NCBI RefSeq assembly: GCF_001194135.2
Contig: NC_068990.1
Span: 17,924,175 to 17,988,174 of the forward strand
Reading direction: 5' to 3'
From: Octopus bimaculoides
Taxonomy: Eukaryota
Length of the DNA: 64,000 bases
The notes under the pieces were generated by a model. That model was not told the origin of the DNA and did not search any database. It was given only the letters and a program-made list of their open reading frames with translations. Both the position numbers and the translations under genes were made by a program. Numbering within the stretch: position 1 is the first letter of the stretch; each line of letters begins with the position of its first letter. Shown here piece after piece: positions 35,900 to 49,753 of the stretch.

Positions 35900-37720
35900 T
35901 GACATAAGAATCTGCCTCAGTGCAATACAAGATAGGGCCACTGTTTGATGAAAAGAGCTCACTAACTGCACACCCCAAGAGGATAAGTGAAGCGTTCAAT
36001 AAACAATTCCAAAGTGCTTTCACCTCCCCACTAGAAATCATGAAAAGAAGCAGACCTGATGAGTTCTTCAAAACCTCTAACCTACAAGAGAAAAAGGTGA
36101 CCATCAATTACATTGATATTATAGAAGAGGATGTATTGTTGGCCATTGACGAGATAAACCCAAACTCTGCAACAGGTGCAGATGGACTATTAGCAATTCT
36201 GTTAAAACCTGCAAGAAAGCACTTGCAAAACCACTGCAAATGCTTTTCCAGAGTTCCCTTGAATGCAATACATTTCCTTAAATGTTAAAAGAAGGAATAA
36301 TCTGCGCTGTCCACAAAGGTGGAAACAGAGCAGGTGCTATATACTACAGGCCTATCTCTCTGACCTCACATGTCAGCAAGATCATTGTCAGAAAAAGACT
36401 GACCATGTTCTTAGAAGAAAGTGACTTGTTTACAGACATGCAACTTCGTATCCAACCTGGAACGAGCTGCCTAACACAGCTATTACAACACTTTGACTGG
36501 GTACTAAAACAACAGCTCAACCATTCAAATGTGGATGCGATATATCTCGACTTTGCCAAGGCCTTTGACAAAATCAATCACGGGATGATATGTCACAAAT
36601 TGCATGACCTTGGTATCGCTGGTAGACTGGGAGAGTGGCTGAAGGGCAGAAGTCAGGCTGTCACAGTAAATGGTGCTTTCTCTGAAGTGACACCAATCCT
36701 CAGTGGAGTCCCTTAGGGAACAGTGCTGGGTCCACTACTGTTGTGGTTGCTTTCTCAGACATACCTTCAGCCATAGAGTCAGCCACACTCACCATGATAC
36801 AATGATACATGATACAATGATACATGATACATGCTGATGATACAAAAGTATCGCAGGTAGTCAAGGATCCACTGACATCCTAAGACTGCAAAATGACCTG
36901 AATGCAGTATATAAATGGGCTGATGAGAATAATATGCAGTTCAATGGTGAAAAATTTCAAGCACTCTGCTATCAGTCCACAAACAAACTACAGCTGAAGT
37001 ACACGGGACCAGCAGGCAATGTAATCCCAGAGTTAGAGTTAGTGCATGACCTGGGAATCTACATGAGTAACAATGCAACTTTCCATGTGCACATTGCTCA
37101 GATAGTAACACTATGCAGGCGGGTGGCAGAAACAGAGACACAATATTTCTGCTTTGAAGAACCTTTGTCCTCAGTCATCTGGACTATTGCTCCCAACTGT
37201 GGTCCCCACAGAGTGTAAAACTAATTGCAGAACTAGAAGTGATCCAATGCCACTACACAAAGAAGATCAACTCAGTAAGACACATGGGCTACTGGGAGTG
37301 GTTGAAAGAACTGGGACTCTACTCTCTGGAGAGGTGATGTGAGAGATCTGCAGTGCTATACATATGGAAAATAATGGAGGGTTTAGCTCCAAATTTCGAA
37401 ATTGAAATCTACAACAATCCCTGAACTGGACAGCACTGCACAGTACCAAAGGTCCCATCTTCATCAAGGACACAAACTGAATATTGTAATAGCTTGGGAT
37501 ACAAGGAACCACAACTTTTTTATTCCCTACCACAGAACATCAGGGATCTGCAAGGTGTAGACATGGAAGTCTTTAAAAAACATCACAGCAGGAGGCACAA
37601 AGAAGAGTGGCAATGTCCAGCTCACTACTTCACGAGAAGCAATACTGGAAAAATCCCTGGATGCAGTTAAGGCAGTGCACCAGCATGGCCTCAGCCTCTG
37701 GCTGAAACCCATAAAAGAAT
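35900..37720 (+). mobile_element. Degenerate CR1/L2-group LINE (reverse transcriptase region to 3' end)
   Basis: YRPISLTSHVSKI, SCLTQLL, VDAIYLDFAKAFDKINH, SGVP*GTVLGPLL and YADDTKV, with multiple stops and frameshifts. Confidence 0.9.
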
Positions 37721-37757
<37 letters not shown>

Positions 37758-38669
37758 TCATGTGTGTGACTGTTCATGTCTAGAAAGAAAATCTCATTAG
37801 ACAAACAAAATAGCTTCTTTCCCTACATGAAAGAATTAATTAACCACATCAGTAGATATCCATGCAATTATTTTCTTATTCAATAATTATGTGATAACAC
37901 CTCAACTACTATCCGCTGTCCATCCATACAGCCGTCCTATTTATTTATTAGCTACGTCATCTCTTTCTACCACTTTTCCACCTCTTCTCCTGAACAGACT
38001 GTGAGTTTCTACTTGCAGCAGTTTTTCTTTCTGCCCCTTCCTAGGTATTCGACATCACCCCATTCCATACGTATTCACCAAACCAAGTATTACGTCTTGT
38101 ATGTCACTGTATTTTTGTTTGGTCTTTATAATTTGTTTATAAGTACATGAGTGAGTGAGAGTATGTGTGTCTGTGTGTATAAGTGCGCATATAGATTCTT
38201 TAAAAGTGCAAGTGTGTGTGAACACACACACACACACACACATACACACACACACACACACATGCACACATGAACACACGTACTTATAAACAAACTATAA
38301 AAACCAAACAAAAATACAGACATGCAAGTAATAATACTAGGCGAACTTGTATGGAATAGAGTGATGTTGAAGATGTGCTTGGGGACATATATACATCTAT
38401 GCCTTATATGTATGTGTGTGTGCAATTTATGCAATGACCACAAAAAGATGACATGGGAGGACATAGTGTTCTGGAAAAGTGAGAGGAAGGGATGAGGCTG
38501 GTAATAGATGATTGAATGGATGGATATCTGTCTGTCTACTTGCTCATCCATTCATGCATCCATGCATCCATGCATCCATCCGTCCGTCCGTCTGTCTGTG
38601 TGTGTTTCTGTATTCTGCATTGAAAACTGAGCTGAGATGAAAGTCATGTGCTTTCTTCCTCTCTGTATC

Positions 38670-38670
38670 A

Positions 38671-38759
<89 letters not shown>

Positions 38760-38762
38760 CAC
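38670..38762. repeat. (CA)n microsatellite, representative of many (CA)n, (TA)n, (AG)n, (GATA)n and (CATA)n arrays in the window
   Basis: Directly visible. Confidence 0.95.
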
Positions 38763-39086
38763 ATTCATTCATACACCTGTTTTATTTATGTTGTTTATAT
38801 ACAATGGGTTACCCATATATGAAGGGTTAACTCAATGAACAAACTGAATAACAAACAGATTTTCTGAAGAAAATTAAATTCACAATTGAAATTTGAACAA
38901 CAAACCAAGAGTAGGCTTGAAATGGATTACTCCTATTTCAATAATTCATGCAACAAGCAATTTAGTTAATAAAGAGGGCTCTGGAATGGATTATGTTTGC
39001 ATATAGAGACCTCACTGTACATGCCACCATTCACTAAGTTATTTCTCTTGGCTCATTTTTGTTTAAATTATGCAAATTATCTAGAC

Positions 39087-39241
39087 TAGTCATGGGCCAA
39101 CCCTTTTTGAGAAACTGGCTGCATGGGACCATGACTCATCATCAAGTGGGTTGCAGTACTAAAGTTCTAAAAGATTCAAAGCAATTTTTTATTAGGCATA
39201 CCTTTCAGAAACTCTCAGAGGCTTCAGTTTGCTCATGACTG
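39087..39241. mobile_element. Short hAT-type MITE
   Basis: Ends tagtcatgggcc and tttgctcatgactg. Flanks atctagac and acctaggt resemble a decayed NTCTAGAN 8-bp target. Confidence 0.5.
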
Positions 39242-39576
39242 ACCTAGGTCGTAAATGTGTTCTTTAGTTTTTAGTATATGTCTATGTCCCTTGGCTGTTG
39301 GTGATAGGTTAGGACAATTGCTATATTGATGACACTTATTGAGGTAGAAACACATGTCTGAAACAGTCCTCTTATTTCCAGACAATAAACTTGTCCTTTT
39401 CCTAAATGTCATGTCACCTTTTGGAAAACTCTTGATTCTTGAGATAATTTCCCCTTCTCAAGTGGAGCCAGTCTCAGTTATCATTTGGTAATTGTGATGT
39501 CCTTTAGAGGTAGAGATCTGCCAGGATTTTTAAATCCCATTTTTTCTTCTAAATATGTCTATATAAATACACCCCC

Positions 39577-39666
<90 letters not shown>

Positions 39667-40153
39667 CCGTATGGAATGCACATGTATATACGTATATAAG
39701 TATATATATATATATTTCTGTGTATATACACACACATACACTTGAATACATGTGTATATGTGTGGTGGCTGTGTACACTCCTATCAGAATGCTAAAGAAG
39801 ACAGGTGCAATAGAAGAAAACAAAATCAACAAAAAATACCCCACCCCCTCTTCCTCCAAAAGAAAAACAGATACAATAACAAAAACCTGAAAAATCCATG
39901 AAGTATTCATGCATCACTAAGCCGTTTAATTCAGCTCTCTGGAATATATATCTCTATCTTTGTTTGGCACTCCATCTATCTGATCTAATGGATAGAGAAA
40001 CTATAGCTGAGTCTATTTTGAGTTGCATTGAAACCTAAACATCGAAAGTTGGTTGAATGGAAAAAAATCGGTTAAAACAAATTTAATGGTTGTGTTCGTA
40101 TTTAGAGAAAAGTAAACAAATGAATGTTTTTTATTCTTTATACCCTGTGTGTA

Positions 40154-40194
<41 letters not shown>

Positions 40195-40299
40195 TTACAG
40201 TTTTAAATAAAGGAGGATAAAAAAACAAAAATTTATGGATTTACTACTGCTTAAGTGATATGTTTTATTATTAATTGTTGTTGTTGATGTTATTTATTA

Positions 40300-40710
40300 T
40301 AAGGTGGCAAACAAGCACAATCATTAGCAAGTTGGTCAAAATACTTAACAGCATTTTTTCTGGCTTTTGCATTCTCAGTTCAGATCCTTCTGTCTTTTAC
40401 AGTGATTTGCTCCTCCCTCTGAAAATTTGCTGATCTTGTGCTCAAATTTGAAACAATTGTTGTTGTTGTTATTTACTAGAAGACAGTCAGCTGGCTGAAC
40501 CATTAGGATATCAGACAAAAATGCTTAGTGGCATTTTGTTCGGTTTTATGTTCTGAGTTCAAACACCACTAAAGTTGGTTTTGCTTTTCTTCCTTTCAGG
40601 GTCGATTAAATAAGTACCAATTACACACTGTAATCGACTGGTCCCCTCCCCCAAAATGTCAGGCTTTGTGTCTGTTGTAGAAAGGTTTATTATTATCATC
40701 ATCATCATCA

Positions 40711-40744
<34 letters not shown>

Positions 40745-40950
40745 AGCTGTGAGCTGGTAGAACCATTAGCATGCCGGGCAAAGTGCTTAGTAGTATTTCA
40801 TTCATCCTTATGTTCTGAGTTGAAATTCTGCCAAGGTTGACTTTGCTTTCATCCTTTTGGGGTTGATAAAATAAGTACCAGTTGACTTTTGGGGTCAATG
40901 CAATGGACTTACCTCCTGCCCAAAATTGCTGGCCTTATGCCAAAATTTGA
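40300..40950 (+). mobile_element. Three tandem CpG-decayed SINE family B copies separated by (GTT), (CAT) and (ATT) repeats
   Basis: Heads at ~40300, 40485 and 40745, two of them with ttctgagtt.aaa..taagtacca. Confidence 0.65.
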
Positions 40951-41576
40951 TATCGTTATTATTATCATTATTATTATCATATGTGTTCCTGTGGCTTATC
41001 AATTTTGTCCATGTATTACACTTAAGCCAAAGGAGGTAGTGATTCATATGGAGAAAAACATATATATAGAGAAAGAAGTGGAGACAAAGAAATGGAAATA
41101 ATGAAATCAATTGAAAAATAGAGAAAGCACAAGAAAGAGAAAGTGAAAGAGGGAGAGAAGGCTTATATTATTCTGAATTTATGTTTTCAAATTGCAGACA
41201 CAGTCAAAATGTTTAACATAATGAAACATCCTGAAGATCTATAAATTTATGCTTTAGTGTGAGCGCCATGAGTCGGAGTGGCTGTTCCAGTGTGTCTCTT
41301 TTGCCATCCTCTGGTGCAATGCTTTTTCCATTATGTCTGTGGGAACCATGAAGCAGACTGACATGTATTTATATTTATAGCTGTTGTATCTCATAAGAAA
41401 ACAGATTATCAGTTTCAATACAAACACATGACTAGACAAGCAATTATAGAAATAAACAGGAAACAAGAAGAAGGGGAACTTAGCAGAGATTTATATTAGA
41501 TTACCAGATTAAACAGATTAAAATAAGTGATGACAGCAATAGCATGAGTAACATTAACATTATCATTAGAAAGACA

Positions 41577-41786
41577 CTAGCAGAAAGACCACCCTCTGAG
41601 CAGTTTTCTGTTAGCCACTTGATAATATTTCCACACTTGATTTCCAATTCTAATAAATTTTATATTTTACATCTTGCTCACTTGCTTAGTAAATATTGCT
41701 TTCATTATTTTATCAGTCATTTTTTAAAGAGTCAATCTGTTATATATATTTATCATTAATAATTGGTAGAACTTACATAGGTGTGC

Positions 41787-41819
<33 letters not shown>

Positions 41820-42960
41820 GGGATGGAGGGATATACACACTTACAGACACAAAAGTCTGGTGTTGTGAGAACACATGGGAATGAGTTTCCTTACTTTTTC
41901 AAATATACCCAAATTTAAAATGATCTAATATGACGATATCATTCATTCAGCATGTGTTGAAATATGCCAATACAATGCAATTCCACACAAATATATATTT
42001 AGCTTTAAAGTAGTACATACAATTGTCAGTAATCATACTGTTTCCATTTCTCTCAACCAATATTTTTACATTAGCCTTCTTTCAAACTGTAGATAATGCA
42101 ACATACAGCTGACCATAAGAGAAGAATTGTGTCAGAAAATATTTTCCAATTTGTTCAAAAGTTTGTCTTTGTGTCTTGTTGCACGTCAAGGCAAAAGCTG
42201 GCTTGACAGGAAATTGTTTGCGTGTAAATGTAAATGGAAATTCCATTTCTTGAGATACGTGGTATTCTTGAGATTAACAGAGTTGATCCAGCATAAGGAC
42301 CAGAAGCAACCACAGCCTCAATAACATGATCATGTAAACTGACAATGATGTAGTATGTGCCATTGCAATGTCCATTAGTAGCATCTAAATTTCTCAGAAG
42401 CATTATGCATTGTTTTTTCTTCAGTTTGAGAATGTGTGGTAGAAACCCTGTTGGTGTAAGTTTGTTGATGAACTCGATTGGGTACAGAGTTTCATTATCA
42501 ACTGTATCTGAGCTTCTGTATATTTTTAGCACACCAGAGATCCTGGTCAACAGAAAATCATTTAGAAATTGTGCTGTTTCATTTGTTAGAGTAATGATGG
42601 TTCTATTTGTAAACTACACAGGGTTTGTGAAGTTATTTTTGAGGTCAGCATATACAAAATCACATAGATCTGAAAGAATACCACTTTCAAGTCAAAGGTC
42701 ACTTTCAAGGCAAAGTAGTTTGATTTTGAATTTACCTAAGCTTTGTTCAACAGAAATGTTACCATTTCCTACATCAAGAAAGTACTTAGCAAACTCTCTT
42801 TCATCAGAATGACCTGTAAGAAGTCTTAGATTGGTTGTCAGCTGCACTACTTCCACATGATCGCAAAGAAAAGACCGCTTTAGTGTTGCATCAACAATTT
42901 GTGATTGGACACCATTATTTTGAAGTAGAATATTCTCCTCTCATTTATTCAGAGTTAGGT
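41577..42960 (-). mobile_element. Second Helitron remnant with Pif1-like helicase fragment (42050-42960)
   Basis: Minus strand: LTTNLRL, FAKYFLDVGNG, YPIEFINKLTPTGF.PH.LKLK, MLLRNLDATNGHCNGT, FPVKPAFALT.NKTQ and FSYGQLYVALS. A possible CTAG|T 3' end lies at 41577-41580 (uncertain). Confidence 0.8.
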
Positions 42961-44986
42961 CCATAAATATTTCATGAAAATATTTGTGTTTAAAAACGTC
43001 AATTTAAATAACACTATTAACAATAACAACAATATCAATAACAGAAACAGTAACAATACACACACAATGTATGTCAAAAGAAAACATCCATTACATTGAG
43101 CGAAAGTGTAGATTTGAGCAACTCAGACAAAACTAATTCTTTTGCTAGCATTACTAACTATAGTCTAGCCAATGTGTGAAGGGATATCTTATCAACTTGC
43201 TGGAATAGGACTTATTGGACCTGTGACTTGGTTTTCAATTTTGAAGACGGAATGAGAAAGCCAGCGCAAGCTAGTATGTCATATGCGTGGCCACAAGCTG
43301 GTACCACCATACGAGGGTCTAAATGAAGGATATTGAATTTATTGTTGACCCTCAGCTCGTCATTTCCTTTTGTGGTATAGAATGAACTGATAGTCAGTGA
43401 TAAATTGACTAGGGACGTGATCGAGAGAGATCTATAGAAACATTCTCCCTACCTTGAAATTAACAGGATCTTTCTAGAACTGTGTGTCATTGCGAATACG
43501 AAAAAAAAAAAAAAGTGTTGAAACTTATGGTGCAAAGTAGAAATCCAAGCTAGTACATGCGTGGAAATAAGGGCCATTAGAGGTTTATTGCTTGGAAAAA
43601 TTAGAAAAACATATAGATACATACATATATATGCATACATATACACGCATACATACACATATATACATACATATGCACGCATATACATAAGTACAAGCAC
43701 ATATATACGCATACATATGTATACACACAGACACACACGTTATATATACATGTATGTGTGTAGTCACAACTGGTATGATTTTGATTATAAGTTTACTCGA
43801 TCAGAGTTAACTTGTAGCTAAACAAGAACACTTCCACTCCCCCCCCTCTCTCTCTATATATATATATTGATAGTTTCTCAACCTCCTATCGGATAATGTT
43901 TAAGCCAGACAAAAAAAATGTTAATATGTCAATAACGAGCTAGTCTTTCCCAACTGATTATTTTATAATAATATCTGACTGTTGCTTTACTTTCCCTATC
44001 TGTTTGCAAAGACTTAGCCCAGAGTATTGACACTTATTTGCTTTTAATGACTGTTTTTACGAAATGTTTACATCATTTGTTTTCCGTCCTGACTTGCTAG
44101 CGTTTATAGATTTCTCAATGAGTATAACTACCAACTCAGTCAAACGTATGTGTAAATTATGACTTGGTTAAGATTAATCATCCTAAAGCAACGTTATCAA
44201 TGGCCAATTATTTTCTGGTGTTCACTGCTTAGTCTGCATTTACTGCTTTTCACTTGCTCTTTTATATTTTGGCGTTAGTTTCTTGTTGGTAAATGTTTAG
44301 ACATAAGACGGCAAGCTTTTGAAAATTCCATAGCATCCATTTTACAGCAACGTTAATAAACAATCCGTTTTACCCTTTAGATTAGAACTAGTTTTCAATT
44401 TTTGGGTTCCGTCTTCGTCTTATTCAGATTTATCCTAGGCCTGTTCAGTTTTGCCTGATACGTACAATGTAGGGGTTTATTTTTCACTTCCATTTCATGT
44501 ATATATTTGCATCTTGTTGAGGTCTTCTCTTAAATCAGCCGTGATTGAACATACCAATGATCAAAACCGTTCCCGCAATGGACATTCCTGATTTTCTTGA
44601 ATAGAATATTCAGACCACATTATCAGGGTGTCACTTTCATCTAAGACAGCAAAGTGTATCTTGATGCTGAGATTTCTAGTCAAGTGATCGCATAAAAGTT
44701 CTCTAATTTTGCTTTCTTTAGTTAATGGTACTGTTGTTACATGTATCGGCTTCTTTCTATGTTTTCAATATGTACGTTTTACCCATTACAACTAGTACGT
44801 TTTGCTAATTGGTTTCATATTAAAAAATAGAAGATACCTTCTTAAAATACATATCATGGCTAGAACTGTAATACCTTTAATCATAGTTCTGCTGGATCAG
44901 AGATAACTTGGTGGACAAACAACAGCTATAAAGTTTGTACACTTCTACTTTGCATTCTTATTCCATTATTAAATATTTTCTTATTG

Positions 44987-45029
<43 letters not shown>

Positions 45030-45075
45030 NNNNNNNNNNNNNNNNNNNNNNNNNNNNNNNNNNNNNNNNNNNNNN

Positions 45076-45345
45076 ATATATATAGGGAGAATTCACAAAA
45101 GACGAAGACAGGTGGTGTAGACAACAAACATGTATTAGTTTAACGCTCGGGAAATGTGAAAAAGCCTTTAACGTTTCGAGCTTACGCTCTTCCACAGACA
45201 GGAACAAGAAAGAAACAACGAACAACCCAACATCAGAATTTTTTCCCCCTATAAATTCAGGGAAGATGCAACCTATGATCGGTACATTAGCAAAGAGTCA
45301 TATTTTATCACAAAATATAAACCCCTTTTGAATGCATCTGCCACA
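45076..45345. mobile_element. PLE fragment: inverted terminal segment plus endonuclease tail
   Basis: Plus-strand DATYDRYISKESYFITKYKPLLN (45265-45333) and a minus-strand hammerhead-like motif at 45165-45202. Confidence 0.55.
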
Positions 45346-45533
45346 AATGTCACTACTACAAGGGCCTTAAAATAATATCCACGCAAATATTAAAAACGAT
45401 ATATTCAGAACAGTTACTACCCATAAATTTATTCAGAACAATCCCAATCAAAACCAAGAACTCACATCCCTCATATCAAATATTCTTTTGGGACTGCTAC
45501 TACCTACTACCAAGCTTTCACAAGAGTAAAAGG

Positions 45534-45589
<56 letters not shown>

Positions 45590-45678
45590 NNNNNNNNNNN
45601 NNNNNNNNNNNNNNNNNNNNNNNNNNNNNNNNNNNNNNNNNNNNNNNNNNNNNNNNNNNNNNNNNNNNNNNNNNNNNN

Positions 45679-45728
<50 letters not shown>

Positions 45729-45731
<3 letters not shown>

Positions 45732-46030
45732 TAGCCTCGGGCTGACCAAAGCCTTGTGAGTGGATTTGGTAGACGGAAACTGAAAGAAGCCTGCCGTATA
45801 TATGTGTATATTTGTGTGTGTGTGTGTTTGTGTCTGTGTTTGTATTCCCACCATCGCTTGACAACCGATGTTGGTGTGTTTATGTCCCCATAACTAGCGG
45901 TTCGGCAAAAGAGACCGATAAAATATGCACTAGGCTTACAGATAATGTCTCGGGGTCGATTTGTTCGATTAAAAGCGGTGCTCCAGCATGACCGCAGTCA
46001 AATGATTGAAAGAAGTAAAAGAATAAAAAA
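45729..46030 (+). mobile_element. SINE family A copy (5' end in gap or microsatellite)
   Basis: ctatagcctcgggctgaccaaagccttgtgagtggatttggtagacggaaactg...gtgctccagcatgaccgcagtc. Confidence 0.8.
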
Positions 46031-46045
46031 CTATGCCATTTTAAT

Positions 46046-46073
46046 CCCGAGCAACACCGGGTATCTCTGCTAG
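46046..46073 (+). mobile_element. Helitron 3' terminus
   Basis: cccgagcaacaccggg hairpin, then tatctctg and CTAG|T. Confidence 0.6.
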
Positions 46074-46145
46074 TCTCTTATAAAAAATATATTTGAAAAT
46101 ATATTTCTATATGAGTCTTTAATTTGCAATTACTTTCAAATATAC

Positions 46146-46345
46146 GGATCTAGTTCAAAACGGGGGCGCCAGTATTTTCTTAACGAAACACTTTGAAACT
46201 TGGGACACTGGTAGAATGTGTCATATAAAACATCTTTTTCTCTTAGTCTTCTTAAGAAAAATTATTATATTGCAACTTATTTCATGTTAAAGTTGTCGTA
46301 TTTCTGTAATTTCAACCAATGACTGACGTCCATTCAGCCGAATAC
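46146..46345 (-). mobile_element. Partial second copy (right end) of the 8355-8954 Merlin-like element
   Basis: ggatctagttcaaaacgggggcgccagtattttcttaacgaaacactttgaaacttgggacactggtagaatg is the reverse complement of ~8760-8954. Confidence 0.85.
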
Positions 46346-46961
46346 AGTAAGTGCTGACTACGTAAACAAACGATTCTCAAACGATTCTGGCGGTGATAAA
46401 ATTATTATTTCCTTGTCAAAAAATGGCTGAAGCATATTGGCAGTAGCTAATAAACCTTTCTATTATAGGCACAAGGCCTGGTTTTTGAGGGAAGGAGCAA
46501 GTCGGTTAGGGTTAGNNNNNNNNNNNNNNNNNNNNNNNNNNNNNNNNNNNNNNNNNNNNNNNNNNNNNNNNNNNNNNNNNNNNNNNNNNNNNNNNNNNNN
46601 NNNNNNNNNNNNNNNNNNNNNNNNNNNNNNNNNNNNNNNNNNNNNNNNNNNNNNNNNNNNNNNNNNNNNNNNNNNNNNNNNNNNNNNNNNNNNNNNNNNN
46701 NNNNNNNNNNNNNNNNNNNNNNNNNNNNNNNNNNNNNNNNNNNNNNNNNNNNNNNNNNNNNNNNNNNNNNNNNNNNNNNNNNNNNNNNNNNNNNNNNNNN
46801 NNNNNNNNNNNNNNNNNNNNNNNNNNNNNNNNNNNNNNNNNNNNNNNNNNNNNNNNNNNNNNNNNNNNNNNNNNNNNNNNNNNNNNNNNNNNNNNNNNNN
46901 NNNNNNNNNNNNNNNNNNNNNNNNNNNNNNNNNNNNNNNNNNNNNNNNNNNNNNNNNNNNN

Positions 46962-47027
<66 letters not shown>

Positions 47028-47094
47028 TATTAGAAATGTTTTCTCTTTTACGAAGCTCGCTTAAGAACGTCAGCATTGAGAAGAGAAATCTGTA

Positions 47095-47315
47095 AGAATC
47101 CTTTCTGCTATAGGTACAAGGCCTGACATTTTGGCGGGTGCGGTTTGCCTATTTTATCGATCCGAGTACTTGACGAGTACTTATTTTATCAACTGCAAAA
47201 GAATGAAAGGCAAAGTCGAACATGACGGAATTTGAACTCTGAAAGTAAAGCCGGAAGTATTGTCGTTAAGCATTTTGTCCGGTATGCTCACGATTCTGTC
47301 AGTTCGTTGCCTTAG
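47095..47315 (-). mobile_element. SINE family B copy
   Basis: gtacttattttatcaac..gaatgaaaggcaaagtcg..ggaatttgaactc. Confidence 0.65.
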
Positions 47316-48647
47316 AGAGATTTGTCATAGTATGTAATATATGACTTTATTTACTTATTTACTTATTCATTTTGTTTACACGGGATATCTAAGTCTCTCT
47401 TTGTATTTTTGTTTTGGTACCTGCTGATGATACAGAAGGATTTCCCGCATTGCAATGGATTTAGAAGAGCTTGCAAAACCTCTGAGTTTCTCCTGCAGTT
47501 TCTGCGTGGTGTAAAACATCCCTGATGCTTATTTCATCTACATAAAACCAAAGATCGCTAATTTTCCCCTTGAGGGGCTTGGTTTTTGTCAGGCTTAAAC
47601 TTTTGTAATTGTTGTCGGCCAAAAAGATGACTTAAATCAATTATAATTTACATGAACAGTTTCTTTAATCCGCGGCTAAACATCAAGAAAGTAACGCAAA
47701 TTACTATTTTCGAATCTTATTTGCTTCCATCTGATTTTTAGTCTTAGTTCGCAAATATTTCTGCGAAGAATAACTGTCTTATGGCCCCAGCAAAATTCCT
47801 ATGACAAATACTTTGTGTAAAATATTATACGCGTTGAAGAATAAAGGTAGAAACCGTACAACTATATATATTTTTAAAGATGAAATAACAGATCAGCATT
47901 TTATATTTTACATTCTGCATATTATGGCTTCTGCAATATTTTATATAGAAAATTCTCAACGATTTAAATTTAGAAAATTTCTAACTCTTAGTTCTCATTC
48001 CAAACTATTAGAAATTTTTTCACCTCCATCCATAAGGCTTTGGTCACTCTAGNNNNNNNNNNNNNNNNNNNNNNNNNNNNNNNNNNNNNNNNNNNNNNNN
48101 NNNNNNNNNNNNNNNNNNNNNNNNNNNNNNNNNNNNNNNNNNNNNNNNNNNNNNNNNNNNNNNNNNNNNNNNNNNNNNNNNNNNNNNNNNNNNNNNNNNN
48201 NNNNNNNNNNNNNNNNNNNNNNNNNNNNNNNNNNNNNNNNNNNNNNNNNNNNNNNNNNNNNNNNNNNNNNNNNNNNNNNNNNNNNNNNNNNNNNNNNNNN
48301 NNNNNNNNNNNNNNNNNNNNNNNNNNNNNNNNNNNNNNNNNNNNNNNNNNNNNNNNNNNNNNNNNNNNNNNNNNNNNNNNNNNNNNNNNNNNGTGTGTGT
48401 GTGTTTCTTTGTACCCCCACCGCTTGAAAACTGGCGTTAGTTGGTTTACTCACAATTTAGTAGCTCGGCAAAAAACCGATAAAAAAATATTAATACTAGG
48501 GTTGATTTGTTCTACTAATCTTTACAAGGTAGTGTTGCAGTCCAATCACTGCAACAAGTAAAACTTAAAAGATACAAAACAAAAACAAATAAAACAAAAT
48601 GAAAACAAAAGAAAGCATAATAAACATGAATTATGCTTATTTCTTAA

Positions 48648-49500
48648 ACCTGGTGCGGACCAATGAATATTCCTTTACTTGAGTCAAATAAGCTTTTATT
48701 AGAGATATGTAAATAGTTAATCGAATAATTATTCTGTTCAGATAAATGTTCAAGCAAAACGTAGCCTTAGTATACTCGCAGCCGCAAGTGTTGTGTATGA
48801 GTGACCTTGAACTTCAGTTTGATGATAGCCACGTCACAAATTGACATGGGTTAAAGTGAAAGTACGTTTAGTGATCTTGGAGATTTGTCGCAATTTGTAC
48901 TGTGCGAAATTCTGTTTCAGAGTGGAGAGAAATTTTACGGAGAATTTTGTAATGTTGCAAAAGGCCAATGGAGATGATTGAGCCTCACACAATGTTGAGT
49001 TTCGTGCTAACATTTCAAGTCGTGAAAAACATCCACCAATGACATTTTCAAATATGGACGATCTTCCACGGCAGCGGACGAATATCAGCTTTGCGAAACT
49101 GCTTGCTGTCGTCCGTGAAAATCGTTGCCTTATTGTTTGCGAAATTTCCAAAGTAGATATTTGTCAAAATTTCGTGTCTACAGATTACTATAGAAGTAAA
49201 ATCGAAGATGCATTGCGCTATACGAAAACATCTGTTGACAAATGAACATAAATAAAAAGTCGAAGCACAGTCAGTGAAAAGCTGTTTGATGATCCGAATG
49301 CTTTTAAAAAAGTTTCTGAACTGATGAAACGTAGCCGTACCGCTACGATATCGTAATAAAAACGCAGTGAATTTGGATCATCTTTTCACTACGACAGAAA
49401 TGTCTCATGACGGTGTTGATCGATTGGAAGGGTTTATTGTTTGTTATGAGTTTGTTTCACGTGACCAGACGATCAATAACAAGTCTTATTAGGCTGTCCT
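48648..49500 (+). mobile_element. Decayed mariner-like transposon, 5' half
   Basis: Frameshifted HTH region (tgcgaaattctgtttcagagtggagagaaattttacggag), MDDLPRQR, VVRENR.L.V.EI and EFVSRDQTIN. Confidence 0.6.
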
Positions 49501-49501
49501 G

Positions 49502-49753
49502 ATGTCCTGTGTTCTGAACCATTACAGTGAGACACTCTCCAACGCTATTATCCTCATTGTCACCCAACACCGCCTCTGCCATATCACCAACTCATTCACC
49601 TGCACATCTAGCAATTTGATCAACTGCACTTCTTACTCTCTCTGCCACTTCCTGCACATTGGTCTAATCGGCCGGCACCTAGTTGACCAGCTTGCCGAAC
49701 ATCTTCGGGATATCAAACCTGAGAATGACACCCCGGTCTTGTACAATTTCTGA
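49502..49753 (+). pseudogene. PLE GIY-YIG endonuclease fragment
   Basis: HITNSFTCTSSNLI..C.SLC..LHIG..GRHLVDQLAEHLRDI matches the pattern F.C.S.N.IY.I.C..C...YIG.T.R.L..RF.EH. Confidence 0.75.

Noticed and set aside
41200-41350. GC-richer unique block with possible exon frames (e.g. minus-strand HNGKSIAPEDGKRDTLEQPLRL)
   Set aside because: The acceptor is plausible, but there is no convincing donor and no recognisable protein family. Both strands give equally weak candidates.
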